64,000 bases of DNA from Phoronis australis (lineage: Eukaryota; Animalia; Phoronida), in NCBI GenBank assembly GCA_002633005.1, contig NMRA01000879.1, positions 31,495-95,494 of the forward strand, given 5' to 3'. A program made the translations under genes and the position numbers. The notes below the pieces were generated by a model that was given only the letters and a program-made list of their open reading frames with translations, made no database searches and was not told where the DNA came from. Positions 25,501 through 38,984 of the stretch are shown in pieces; position 1 is the stretch's first letter, and each line of letters starts with the position of its first letter.

Positions 25501-26224
25501 TTGAAATTTCCAGTATTACAAATTTTTGAGATATCTGTCACTTGGAAAGAGGCAATATTATGCGCTTTTCTCGAGGACGAATTCTGCCCCTGTGTCGATA
25601 ACAGGGTATGCGTCTGCACAAAGACCATTCACTATTGTGCCTGCAGTAGGAGATCATGCTTTTGTACCTACTGAAATTGTATAAATACATTTCGGGTATA
25701 GGCACACAGGTCTAAATCTGCTGGACAGGCGAACCTTGTGCTCCAAACAACTTGCTTATTTGCAAAACAGATTGTGCGCTTAAGAATATTAAGAGTATCA
25801 ATGATAAAAGATATAGAATGTATTACATGAAACCTGAGGTCAGGATTCACACATTTTTATTTTCGTTGGGGTTGTCACCTTGGAGCGCTTCATGACGAAA
25901 GTGATCGATTGCAATATAAACGTTGTCAAGTCAACACAGTTTGCGAAGCAAAATTAGCTAGCCTAATTGAAATAATGTTAATTTACTTTGCATCTATTTT
26001 TCTTTTCAGTTTTTGCTATATATTTTACGAAGACGAGCACAGTTTGACGAATTTTGATGAAAACTAACATTTGCTGCAGGATACAATGCACTAATTTTAA
26101 AAGACGTCATGCAGAAGAATCTTTTGAAATGGGCGTGTGCTCTGTGATAGCAATAAATGGCGGGGTACAAAAGAAACTACTTGTAGAACCGTAGCCATGC
26201 TGTGTTTAAAAAAACAATATACAT

Positions 26225-27030
26225 CAGTGACCTAAAGTCGTGAATATAAGCATAATAAGCAGTTACTTGTCATACTACCCAATGTCCATTTGCAACTGCT
26301 CATGTGATGTCATGTACATATATCAGCCTTCACAAATATACATGTACGTGTTTTGACAATCTTAATCCTTGTTTGTATCCGTAAGCAGAGTTTTAAAACA
26401 GTCGCTGATATCGCCGGTCATTTTGAATGAGGCCCTAAAGTCGTGAACATTTCGTTTGGACGGAAATGCACGAAGTATGACCACACAAGTCAACTACAGT
26501 GCTTACAGTTACTCTAGATGACATGAAAATGCATTGCATTGTCTATTAATTCAGTTTCAATTGAAATAAATTGTTATATGTTTTGCACCCAACTTTGATG
26601 TATGTGCACAGACGTTTTCAATGAGGTTGTTCACGTAAAACGCTAAGAACCCAGCATCAATTATCGCTCTGTATTTTATGGTTTTGGCCTTACAAAACTT
26701 GAACGACCCTGGGACATTGTGATACATTGTTCAAGCTACCCCTGGAGCGAGTGTTTGAGTCAATCTGAACGATAAATATTCTCGAAAATATATCCCAAAA
26801 ATGCACAAAAAGTGAATTAGTGAAATATGCTATTTTTAAGATACATTTGAAAAAAGAAGCCACTCACTCACTGTTTGTTATGATATTGTGAATACGAACA
26901 CGTCCGGGTATTCGTTTGACGTTCGTAAGCAGACGAACGCTGGAAACTTCAACGTCAGATGTCGCAGGACCGCGCAGAAGAGGAAATCGTTCACGACTTT
27001 AGGGCACTCACGACTTTAGGAGCTCTGGCA
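26225..27030. mobile_element. DNA transposon remnant with inverted subterminal CCTAAAGTCGTGA repeats
   Basis: CCTAAAGTCGTGAA at ~26230 and ~26434, with inverted copies TCACGACTTTAGG at ~26991 and ~27008. Confidence 0.5.
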
Positions 27031-28049
27031 ATACCTATGTTTTAATGACATGAATGACTACTTAGTTTGTGATAGCCAGCCTGATACACAGGTTCTGAAG
27101 CCTGAGAGTTAAACTGAGGACAATACAGATGTCCCGTTTTGATATTATCGTTGCCAAGTAACTTCGTCAATTGACCAGATCACCGGTGGTTGCGTTAACT
27201 TGTACATTTAGTAATTATTGTTTGCCAAATTACTATACCCAGTAAGTGGCACAGAATGCTCTAGTGTGCTTTTCACACGGCAGATTGTACAAACCGCAAA
27301 CTAATCTCGAAATTTTAGTGCATGTCAAACACTTTGAGCTTACAAAGTAACATCTTATTTCTTCAGTCCTGCATTTACACAAATGTGATTTACAGATGTA
27401 AGCGTACATTTAAAATCAATAAAACAAATTAACCAAACTTAGCGACTCATACCAATGTGTATAAATTTGTGAATAAATATGGCGGCAGGTTATATTCAAA
27501 CTGTCCGCAGAACTATTCCGCAATAGTCAAATTTCAGCAGTAACCCGCGTAACCATGCCTGTGCGACCCTTTTCACATTTATATGTAGTTAAAAATATCA
27601 AAACATGTGATTGTTTTCTTAATCTAAAGTATCTGCAATTCACTGAATCGTAATCACGAGGAAGTTCAAGAGTTTTTCTTTACAGTCTTATCGATATCAG
27701 TACCGATACGTTATCTGTCGTTGGCCAACCACCTCGTCCATTATCAGTGTAAAACTATACCACGCCTGGTTGAAGAGGACTTCGATGTAGGGTCAAACTT
27801 TATCACGGTCACCTGGATAGTTCATGACTACGGGAAGGGATTTAGAACCCAACATCAATGTGGCATCGTATTGCAGTTGTTTTAAAACCAGGAAGTCACA
27901 ATGTGATTCAACCTCGTTCAACTTTCCTCTCAGGATAAATGAGGACAAATTGGGTTAATTCTGTTACATTTTGCGGCTGAACAGCTTGTGTGCGTGTATT
28001 TTTACTTACGATCTTTACCAGGAAGTAATTCGAGTCAGTTTTAATCAAA

Positions 28050-28095
28050 ATGGTGTGGTATAAGGCATCACTAATTGCGTCACTCCACCTTCTGG
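28050..28095 (+). CDS. LCCL gene B (plus strand), coding exon 1: signal peptide MVWYKASLIASLHLL(G)
   Basis: Start in an aaaATGg context, 15 codons +1 nt, donor GTAAGT at 28096. Joins exon 35011 in frame to give MVWYKASLIASLHLLGCVLKILSA. Confidence 0.78.
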
Positions 28096-28108
28096 GTAAG
28101 TACATTAA

Positions 28109-31100
28109 GAGTGACTCCATATAAAAACCAACAGGTAGAGTCTATACCCAAAATCACCGATTTTTTTTAAACTTAGCACATAAGTTTGATTTGTTGAGAA
28201 GTAGAAAAACCTCAATTTTTAAGAATTTTCATTCATTATTTTTCTTTTTATGACCTGTACCTCCATTTTGCAACAAAATTGGGCGTCGAAGTAGGCATGT
28301 TTGAATGCATTTTACTAGCATGTATGATACGGTCAAAACAAATGAATAATACGAATTGAAAGGGCAATGGCTGAATAATGTAATGGCATAACTTTCAAAA
28401 TCCATTTTTAAATTTATACGTTTTGAATTTGTGAGGCAAAAACGGTTATTTTTCAGGTTTTCACTGAAGCCATTTTCGGCCACATTTGACACTCTGTAGC
28501 AGCCATAACGCACCTTTCCTGAAATTGACTTTATAATAATTTGTTAGGTCATTCCTAACCTGTTTATAATCTAAAATAAAAAATCTTGCCTCTAATGTAG
28601 TTTTTGCGTACGAAGCATTATACGAACTGCACTTCGTCCTTTTGCATGTTCTCAGTTGCCTCTGCTGCCGATAGGGGGCTCTTGGAACATATAATAAGCT
28701 TGCGAAACACGAAATAAAAACTTTGTATTTTGGAGAAAAGGCAGACAGCATTATTAATTACCATTCTATGAAAACGACATTGATGATTAATACTTATTAC
28801 AAAAATGTGTACGTAAATCAACTGGCATGCGTGCTTCTAAATGATAGATGGCGCTGCTTTTGTTTACGTGGAGACTGAAGACGCATCTAGAATAAGAGCA
28901 GTAACACGAGGACCTTGCTATAATTCAAGACTTCGCGAGATGTTGCCGTGTATTTTAAATGAGAACACGTGGTTTTGGATAAATTTTAGAGAGGTTCTAG
29001 TGTTACTGAACTCACCCCTGCCTTGTTTTCTATCTGCCTTGTTCGTGCCACAGGCAAAGGAAGCCCCCCAAGGTGGATATGCCCCGGCCCCTAGTGTTCA
29101 GTGCAAAAAATCCTTCAACTTGTCAATAGTCATTGTAACTTTGGGTTCATATTGTAATGTCCCTGCTGGTTGCTACAAATTTTAGTCGCCACCAGTCGAC
29201 AGAAATCTGGTGTTCCCCCCACACACACCGGGCACCCTAACGCTGAATATTTCTGCCAGTGTGATCATCAGTGGTATAAAAAGGTACACATTCACAGTTA
29301 ATAGAAAATAATTCGCGAAAGACAATTTTATTAATGACTACTTCATGACAGACATGAAGTAAACAGAAGTAACGGTCTCGACTTCATATATCACACATCT
29401 TTGACTGGTATGCTACAAAACTAGGCTAAACGTTGAGCTCATTTATCACTTCATTCAGTAAACATAACAGCATCTTCAGCAGAAATAGCATCGTCATAAA
29501 CATTGCTGCAGACAACCTCGAAAAAATCCACCAATCTGCGATTCACTTAACATCACAGGTAAATTTACACTTTCACAGTGGGTTCTCGGCGTAATGTTTT
29601 CTCCCGGCATTTTGGCACTTCCGAGGGTGAAAGTTTTTACCTGACTTTCTCCTTCATCGAATATGTTCGTCAGAAAGTTCTTAACCTTTGATGAAAATCT
29701 TGTTGACCTTTTACCTTTTTTCAATGCCTAACCTATTGCTTCAGCATTCGTCTCATCCACATTGTACTCTGAGGCTGCCTCAAATGACGCTCCGGGTTCT
29801 TGCATCTAAAAGCATTTCTGACGACTGTCGTGCGATGTGGTCATACGTGTTCAGTGTGGTTACCCACATCCAAATGCCGACCTAGTTCTGCGTCTGTAGC
29901 AAAAAATTTCGAGTAACCTTGCTGGGTACAAGGGAACTTTTGTTGAGGCTCTTCACTAGATACAATTCCAACCTTAAGTCTTGGTGTTGAAAATCCGCCA
30001 TGTCTAGAGATGTTAGTGTAATTTAGAGAAATAGGTTTCCCATTTTCTCAGTATTTGTAAGAACTTACCGTCATCTACATGGAATGATTTCCACACGTGA
30101 ATTCCTTGGATGGAATAGTGGGAATTTGGGAATGTCCTTATACCAGGAACTGAGTATTTTGGAAAAGACTTTGTTGCATTGACTGAAAATGCATACACAT
30201 AACATCCCTTCACACGGCCACTGGAAAGTAGTGCTTCTTTCAAATCCAGAAAGTTTATGATATTATTACTTTCGGCTACAAAGTACTTTGCATGTTGTTT
30301 GAGTGGAGCGATCTTGCGATCACAGAGATCCTTTCCATTCTGACTTTCACTAAAGTCATATCTCGAAACAGAAATGCCGGTAGAATTTGACAAGGGTGCT
30401 ACGTTCAGGAGGAGAGGAGCAGAGTGGTAACATCCAGCATTACCTGACTCTTCCATGACTGGTCCTGTTCAGTCAGAAATTCACCGACTCTGGGTAGTAC
30501 GAGTCCGTACTCTGGAACAGGCCTTGCTTTGTGAAGTAGTTTCTTGTATCTCAAATGTTCAGTGGTGTCTTTGACATGACTCACTAAAGCACACAGCTTT
30601 TGTGATTTTTTGAAGAATAAACTCTAAAGGAACATGAAGGCCCATCGACATCGTCCGCCATTTTGTCTTTTTAAAATGCACTTGCTTCTCTCAAAACCAG
30701 ACATTACAAATATCAATTCTTACTCGTTTAATCTTAAAGGCATTTATTTCCATTCAAAAGTTGTACAGAGTGTTTAAATTAACCTGATTATGTAAAAGAA
30801 ATGAAAGAATACGAGAGGATTACACGTACATTTTTTATAAATCCTCAAGCTTTAAACCTCAACTGACTTCCTCAGTGGGCAAAGGTCATCGGGTTCAGTT
30901 TTGATACTAGCCGCGTAATAAACCCAGAAAACATCTTGTTTTCATTTGAAAGACTTTAGACTTGGTTTCTATAACTATTTAAAGCAGACTTCTTGCCTAA
31001 AAGTTTGTTCAAATGGTTTGTAAACTCTGCTCGTCATTTCCAAACTATGAAAATAGACAGTTTTGCAAGACAATTTTCACTAAAGTGCAAAGTTGAGGCA

Positions 31101-31587
31101 AGATTTTTTATTGCTCAGTCATCAAGACTAACTCTTTAACTGTATGTTCAAAACGTCACATAAGGCTACAAGGTGTTTTATGGCAGTAAGAAGGTCACAA
31201 AAATGGCCACTAAAATTAGCCCCAAAAAGTGGTCTGTGGATTATCTCCCCTGTCTAGCATAAAACTGTTAGATTTTAATAAATGGCACAGAATTATGCAC
31301 AGTATACGTTGGTTATTTCAGCCACCAAAATATAGCTTTTGATCTATTTTGTATGTTACTCATTTTTGTTGCTGAAAACATGCGATTTTTGAGACGGCTA
31401 ATATGCCCAATTGTGCCAATTTGTGTTATCATGCTCCAGCGGCGAAATTAGGGGTCATTGAGTGCGCAAAATTTGGCATTTGGGTTTTTGTTAGGATACC
31501 TACCCATGTACAAAAAATGAAGTTGTTTTAAATTTTGACGTATAGACTGATTTTTGAAAATCTACTGGTTTTTATATGGACTGCCTC
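28109..31587 (-). mobile_element. Sola3-like DNA transposon, internally deleted copy 1
   Basis: TTAA TSD on both sides and GAG...CTC termini with a TCCATATAAAAACCA TIR core. Transposase C-terminal fragment at 30013-30456 (NAGCYH..YDFSESQNGKDLCDRKIA). Confidence 0.8.
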
Positions 31588-34500
31588 TTAATGATTTTCC
31601 ATCAATTTCAGCAAACATTATCTCGTGTTGTTGCCTGCACCACCAAATGGTGTCGTTGGAATACACTCAACTCATGATTTGTGGCTCAGAGAGGAGTATC
31701 ATATTCATGAACTTATCTCCGCTGCTACACTGTCTAGGTAGTTTCAATTCATTTTAAGGCAACACATTTTCGAGAGATTAGCTCAAATCTAGTGATCAGG
31801 AAGTCCATTGTCAACGCATGAGGAGTTGTTAACCAAGTAAAAGCTTTGTGGAACTTGACAAATAGTTCAAAAATGTCAATATGTATACATCTTAACCGTC
31901 CACCGCGAAACGTGTCGTAGATTCATTATTTACCCTGCTGCATCACGATCCTTCATAACTGTTATTTTCAAATCCGATATCATCTAATTAACATAATGAT
32001 AAGTGGCCTAAGTCAATAGCTGCTTTTTGCGACGAAAGGCCTGTTTATTGCTGTTGCAGACTCACCAGGCCACTGCGAATTCGATTTGACGTTTTCAACC
32101 CAGTCCAATAAAATCAAAATGCCAAAATTAAAACAATACGCAGCGCTACAAATTACCAACGACTTGGAAAAGTTTTACTTTGATATGCGCCCGTCAGTCT
32201 TAATATTAAGACCCGGGAGCACAAAATAGAAGAAAAAATGTCAACTCACACCGACTAGCCCATCAACACATAATTCTGTACAATTTTAAGTGTTAAATTT
32301 ACAGAATGGTAACTCAAATCGGAAAATAAATCCAAAATCTGCAAAAATGCTATTTGGCTTCATTTCTATTGCTATGTCCGGGTTGTGTCAGAGTAGTGTC
32401 AACATTATATACGTAATCCGTACAATGACGAATACTTTATTTTAGAGCTTCTTCATAACAGTAGCTGCTTACTTTACACTGGTCCTACTGATAAATTAGC
32501 CAATTTCCACACAGTCCACTGAAATTTAAAAAGCATTCGTACTTGCATGTATTTATGAAAATGAAACTCATATACCAGCCAAAAAAATCAATTGCTAAGC
32601 TTCAAAAGTTGTGACCCCTATACTTAATTAGCAGCCCCATCTGTAGGTGACCAAAGCTGTTTTGGTCGCCTTCAGATGGGGCTGCTCTTGGTGGGCTTCC
32701 GTAGGTTCCTTCCTTATTAATATAGTTGTGCCCACTGCTAAGGCTCCAAAAAGCAATTTTTGGTCACATCGTTTTGATAACCCATGCCAAATGTCTTATG
32801 GATTTTTCAAACTATTGTTTAACTTGCCAGATACATATGACTGGCGGAAGCGCGTTGCATGGTTATCGCCCTATGGGACACTACCAATGGTTTCATTTGT
32901 TGCGTCTTTTTCGCTATAATACATGTTGCACGAATACGGTGTCTTGTGCGCCCATCATCCGGTTACCGATAAATGTTTTCTATCATATTTAATGAAAGAA
33001 ATGAAAACAAAGTGAAAAATAGATCCGCCTATCTAAAGATGTCCATGTGAAGAGAATGCGCCCAAATCTCTCGTGGGAATAATTAGTCTTTTTTTAGAAT
33101 ACAGTAAGATGTTTTAACAGAACAATAAGTGTTCTTTAAGAATATAGTAAGATGTTTCAAAACCTTACTATATTTTAAAAATATTAAGATCAATGTAGAC
33201 TTGGTTATCGGTTTTCCACTACTCTTCACATTGCTAGAAAGTGTTAGATTGACCTTGGACGTCCTCCAACACTTAGCTGATAAAACTTAGCAACTAATTT
33301 TTTTTTAATTCTCAAGACATTATTTGTTGCAAAACTCTATGGTTTGCCTCTTTGGGCTTCCATCTCAATCAAATTAATATAAAACAATCTAAAGCGATAA
33401 AGGCAGCGGGAATCTACTCGGTATACACTCACCTGAAGTCTTTTCTACCCATTGTAATAAACTGTTCAAGTGTTATGCACGTGTGCCATACCCATATAGA
33501 TATAAATATTCGCATACGTACATGTGCACAATTGGTACTTTGCCCAGCTAAGGGTAGTCACAAGTAAATGTGCGAAAGTGCGAACACTGTGCGTTTTAAG
33601 TGCATGTGCGATGACTAGGGAATGCAATGTACTCCAAACAATACTTTTATCAATAATTTACCTAGAATTTCAACCTTCCTGTAAACGTCCTACGAGCAAT
33701 TATTAGACACTGTTCCAACTTATGCAAATGTAGCATGAATTAAGGCACAAGTCGTTATCACTTTTGTTGGGCCTGACATGCTCTACAATTGTATAGATAG
33801 ACATATTTGCCGTGAGAATCTACATGTAGCTTAATATTTTGTCAAAGTTAAACAACGTAAGAAACTGCTGGTCACATTTCAAAATAGTTCCAATCCTAAA
33901 ACAAATTTGAGGCACATTTGTGCGTTGTCAGTGGTATTTTTAAAGTTTATGCAGATGCAAAATGTCAAGACAGTCGTAAGAGCAAAATAGGGCTGCTTTC
34001 AATTTCTTTGCATCTGCGACCTTCACATCCTTAAGCTTTTAAAAGTGCCCTTAAAACATGCTAAGATTTGACTAACATTTCTAAAAAATGAAACAAATTG
34101 CAAAAAACTGTGACATAACTCATCTTCAACATTTATACAGTTAATAAAATATGATCATGATATTGATTCCGTTGTTTTGCTGTAAATACACTTTTCTTTT
34201 TTACTAATTTCACTTAAAAGTTGGTCACAAGTTGCAGTTAATGTGAGAGTTCTACAAAGTAAAAACAGGAGCCTTTTTTTCAGAAAATACATAAATTATT
34301 TTAATAGCCAAAATCAACAGTTTTGGAAGTATTTAACATATTTGTAGATAAATCTCAACCCATCAAATTGCGACATTGCATGGATTTCAAAAATCGTGGA
34401 TGCCTAGTGATATGATTAAATTATTTAGGTTCACATTAACGTGCAAAATTGTCAGTGAAGCTGTAATCAAGCTAAGTTTTAGACAGTTGCCATTGTAGGA

Positions 34501-35010
34501 AATAACTTTATTTTAGCAAGACCGACATATACTTGAAAATCCAAAATTGATAAGATGTTGACAAAAGGACAAGCAATAGACCAATGAGAGTACACGTAGG
34601 TGTCAAATTCAAAATAAACTGTGTTCGGTGATACGTGTCTTTTGTTTGATGTCATGGTATTGATAGCATCCAAAAGGGCAACTAAAATTGAAAAGCATAT
34701 TTACAGTGATAACTTCAGATGACACCAGGTGAAAGTGTATCCTAACTAGCGTGGAGGATCAGGAACGAATATATAATGTAGACTACATCTCTAACATTTT
34801 TCTCTGTATCACTCCACCCATGACTCTACATGTCTCCTGCACACTTTCTGTTCATCGTTTCGTCTCCCGTTCTCCCTCTCCATACTCCATATCCCCACGT
34901 CTCCGACCATTTCCTTCCCCATACTACCATTTTCCCGTTTCTTTGCGAATTGTTATCGTTGCTTTCCTACACTAAAACTCTTGTTTAATCTCTGTTAATC
35001 TTCATTTCAG

Positions 35011-35080
35011 GTTGTGTTCTGAAGATTCTATCTGCGTCGGATATAACGTGTGACACTGAGTTCCAAGACAAGCAAGATAA
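35011..35080 (+). CDS. LCCL gene B exon 2 (70 bp): CVLKILSASDITCDTEFQDKQD
   Basis: Acceptor catttcAG and donor GTAAGC. Paralogous to 20461-20530. Confidence 0.9.
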
Positions 35081-37595
35081 GTAAGCATTATGATATCAAT
35101 CTAATTTTATGTAGGTGAAGATCTTTTAATATCGTTATAACACAGGTACACTGGACTTAACAAGTCAATGCAGTTACATGTACGTGTACAGGAATTTTGA
35201 TGACCTTGAGTTTATTGTGTGCTGAGTTACACGATGGATGTGGGAAGCTGTATGGCTCGTGGAAATTGATGGCTTGGCAAACCGATTATGGCAAATTTGT
35301 TTCGTAAGAGCGGTCATGGATACCAATAAAACATGTTTTATTCGTAACTGACCTTAACTTACGAGAAACGTCTGTGAACGAAGAAGATTTGTATTACGGC
35401 CGACGTTTCGTAGATTCTACTTTAGAATTTGAAATGGGAATCAAAACCGGCACATTGTGACCCCCCAGATAATTCGTGTTTTCTGAATTTAACTGTTTTT
35501 TGTAACTGTATTTTTAGTAATAAACATTGAAAAATTTTGCTAATAATTCTTAGTTTATGCTTGAGTAAGAGACGGAAAATTTGCTGTACATGCTGTAAAA
35601 AATCCCAACGTTTGTTCTAGACATTGTATCATTTTTCGTTGGTATACCATAAACGATATCGAATTGGGGGACATTGTCAATACCTGGTGTAAAGTTGTTT
35701 GAATTTGTACAAGTCAGGTAGCTGTCAGACTTTCCTTATCAACTCAACTGGGTCATCTTTACAACGTCTCCTCACTGCCTCGTTGTCCTAAATAAAAGTA
35801 TGTCGGGAAATATTCTGCCACGCCGCTGAAAACTACAGAATAAATTATTAGGTTGATTAATTAAAATGAATCGGTTTAGATATGTTTAACTGTGACAATA
35901 ATAATACGTGAACATATTTTTACCTTAATTCGATTTTTGTGCCTTGTCTCGATGTGTATGGAACCTTATGTGCAAATAAGCGCCATTATTGGATATGTGC
36001 TGTTTACATGCTTCAAGGGCTAAGAACAGTGCTATACCGACTGACTTCGACGTAACCCCTACACTGCAACCAATAAGTTGAAAATTAAATTTCAGGGTAT
36101 TTATTCCAAAAAAGGGTAGACTCTGGCTTCAGCACATCACTGATGGTAAATGGTTTTGGAACTAATATTTACGTTGATTTAATATATTTGAAAAACACGG
36201 TGAATCAGTTATGGAAGAAGACAAATTCCTGGCCACAAAGCAGAATAAGGCATCATCAATAGCTTCCGAACCGTGGTTGTTTCCAAAGCCGTAGTAAGCG
36301 GTGGCTCAAACAATTTTTCAGGTTTCAGGTTTAAGCGATATCTACGGGCTTGGGGCCGGGGGCAGTCGAGTAAAGAAACGCTGCGAAATACGGATAAGAG
36401 AAAAAGATGAAGAGAACATTTAACAACTCTGAATCAGTGCATTTTTTACCTTTTGAGGACCCTAGCCAGGATATTGTCGTTGGGGTGTCTGCCTTCGCAG
36501 CACAGGTCGGGGAACTATCGTGTTTTCGCGGGATTCATTAGACAATTAACGACACATGTTTAGCCCACCGTTATACAGAATACTTCAGAGAACACCCAAA
36601 TGGTATCCACCTGTGGGCATGTGAAGTTTGAACATCGGCGCCCAAAAATATGAGTCAGGGAAACGCCAAGACGGATAATATGAACTGGAACATTGGTAAT
36701 GGAAAACTACGATAGGTTACCTGGGGAAATTGGGAAAGGGAAACATAATTTGGGAAATTTTGATGCAAAGAAAAATAGGTAATGAGAAATACCGTGATGT
36801 ACCCGCCAAGAGGATAACCAAACATGTTGGATAAAAAGTGTCCTTTGTTCTCAAAACTGAACTTTAAAAAAAATCTACGTTAATGAAATAATTTGAAGTT
36901 TGGCCAGCGCTGAAATTTTTGACAGGCTGTGGTAACAACGTTGTACGTGAGCTTAAGGACACAAAATGAATTAAATCTACTTTTCTAGAGGTGGTCCTTA
37001 ATAAAACTTCATAAGTTGACAAAATGTAACCTGTGTGGAATGGATTAGAAGTTGATTGATAATAACGATGGCATTGATTGTACACCATAATAAGAGCACA
37101 TGTATATATACACGTATATATCAACAAGTTAATTTGATGAAGACCGTTGATTAAATAGCGGAAACAAGATTCCCCTTTAAGTCCCAAATGTCAGCGTCAG
37201 TTTTAGAAACTCTACAGGTACCACCCTGATTTTCAAAATATTCGATGACCCTTGCATTTTTTGCAGTGGAGACCAACAGAGCAGGCTACCTGAAGATTTG
37301 ATGGACTTTATGTTTTACTGTTTCATTGTTCAGTATGTTAATAAATATACTCCTGCGCAGATATGACCATAGAATCGTGGTTTTCTACTAAGATGACCAA
37401 CTGCAAACGCTTTGATTAGCAGTTGTCTGAAGATACATCTAGCTAAGCAGGGGAAATGAAGTTGACTTTGGATGAAAGATCTGGAGCTAGGGCCCATGAC
37501 CAGATGCTTCGTTTAACTGCTCATTTTACAATGTTATTTGCCCCTATTTCCTCGCGCCATTTTTAGGAAATAATAATTCTGGTCGATTTTTTTAG

Positions 37596-37668
37596 CACGG
37601 ACTATGTCTGTCCCGAAGAAAAGTGTCCCAGTGACAAGCAAGTGTTTGGAACGTATCATTACACGAGC
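37596..37668 (+). CDS. LCCL gene B exon 3 (73 bp): TDYVCPEEKCPSDKQVFGTYHYTS
   Basis: Acceptor tttttAG and donor GTAAGT. Paralogous to 17260-17332. Confidence 0.92.
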
Positions 37669-38984
37669 GTAAGTGGATGTTAGAACTTCTTAAAGAACTT
37701 CACAACCCACTTATAATGGTCAATGAGTGGGCAAGAGAGTGATTTTGATTGACGCTGTTTAAACAAATTAAACAGAGGGCAATAGCTAGATATAGATGGG
37801 CAAACGCATACTTGTTACTTTTCACGTCTTTTACATTATGCTTATTGGAATTGGAGTTATCTTTATGACAGTAGGTAAATTAAGTTAATGTAAAGAGGAA
37901 AAGAGGATATTCAAGTACATGTACATGTAATTTCCGCCAACAATCTATGGCAGTTTTGACTTGAGATGTCCCATTAGCTTTACGACACATTGTGAATTCT
38001 TGCTGGGCCCCTTCTCGAATCCTTTTACTGGAAATGGAACTCGAAATAATGTTTGGCATTTTTTATTCTACTTTTGTGCAAACTCAAGATAAGTGTCCAT
38101 TACTCAATGCTCGAATGCTTAATGACTTACGTGGATGATTTATTTGTCATAGTTTGCGGTTGACAAATCCAACATTAAAGCTAAAAATTGAGTTTAAACT
38201 CGAAGTTTCGAGTTTATACTCGAGTTTGTAGCACGCATATGAGGGCTTTTAAGTCCAAACTTGGACTAGAAACTCATATGCATGAACTATAATTATTCGA
38301 GCACCATCTGATAACCACTTATCTTGAATTCGCACAAAAGGAGCAGAAAAATTGCAAAAAATATTTTCCAGTTGGTTTTGAGAACAAAGATTAGAGACCG
38401 CGCCCTGGTCATCTATCTGTCTTTTGAAACACTTAATTTTCAAATATACTAATCTTGCCTGGAACCGTCGTCCATGACTGTGGGTTAAGTTGGATTATTC
38501 TAAAATCGCTTGGACTCCCAAACCCCACAAACCCCTCTCCCCACGGCCTTCTGCAATAGATGCATCTGCGCTTTTTACCCATTTCATAATCACATTAGGT
38601 CAATAAGTGACTCTTCCATTAGTCTTACCTATACGTGAATCTGCTCTGGCTCAATTATGGTGGTTAAAAACAGAAAGAGGCGTTGGAACATGATCTCAAA
38701 TAACGGATTGTGAGCGTTCAATTTAGTTCGTTTTTTGCCGTTTTAATCGGTCTATATCCACAACATCCCGTATAGGATCGATCTCTCCTCATCGAGAGGT
38801 GTAGCGTTAACGTGTGTGGAAGGTGAGTACCCAGCGCAGCGACGTCAGTGGTTTTTCAATTAAGTGGGTGCTATGGTGTGCCATATTGATACAACTTGTG
38901 GTTACCATGAAGCGGCGAGTAAAGTGGCTTTATCGTTCTTCATAATTTTTCTCGGGATACCAAAATAATTCAAAAGTGGTCGGC

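Noticed and set aside
28841-29185. Duplicated 114-aa/94-aa ORFs (also 57149-57433) as a conserved small gene
   Set aside because: Both lie inside the two Sola3-like copies, and their frames diverge through indels.
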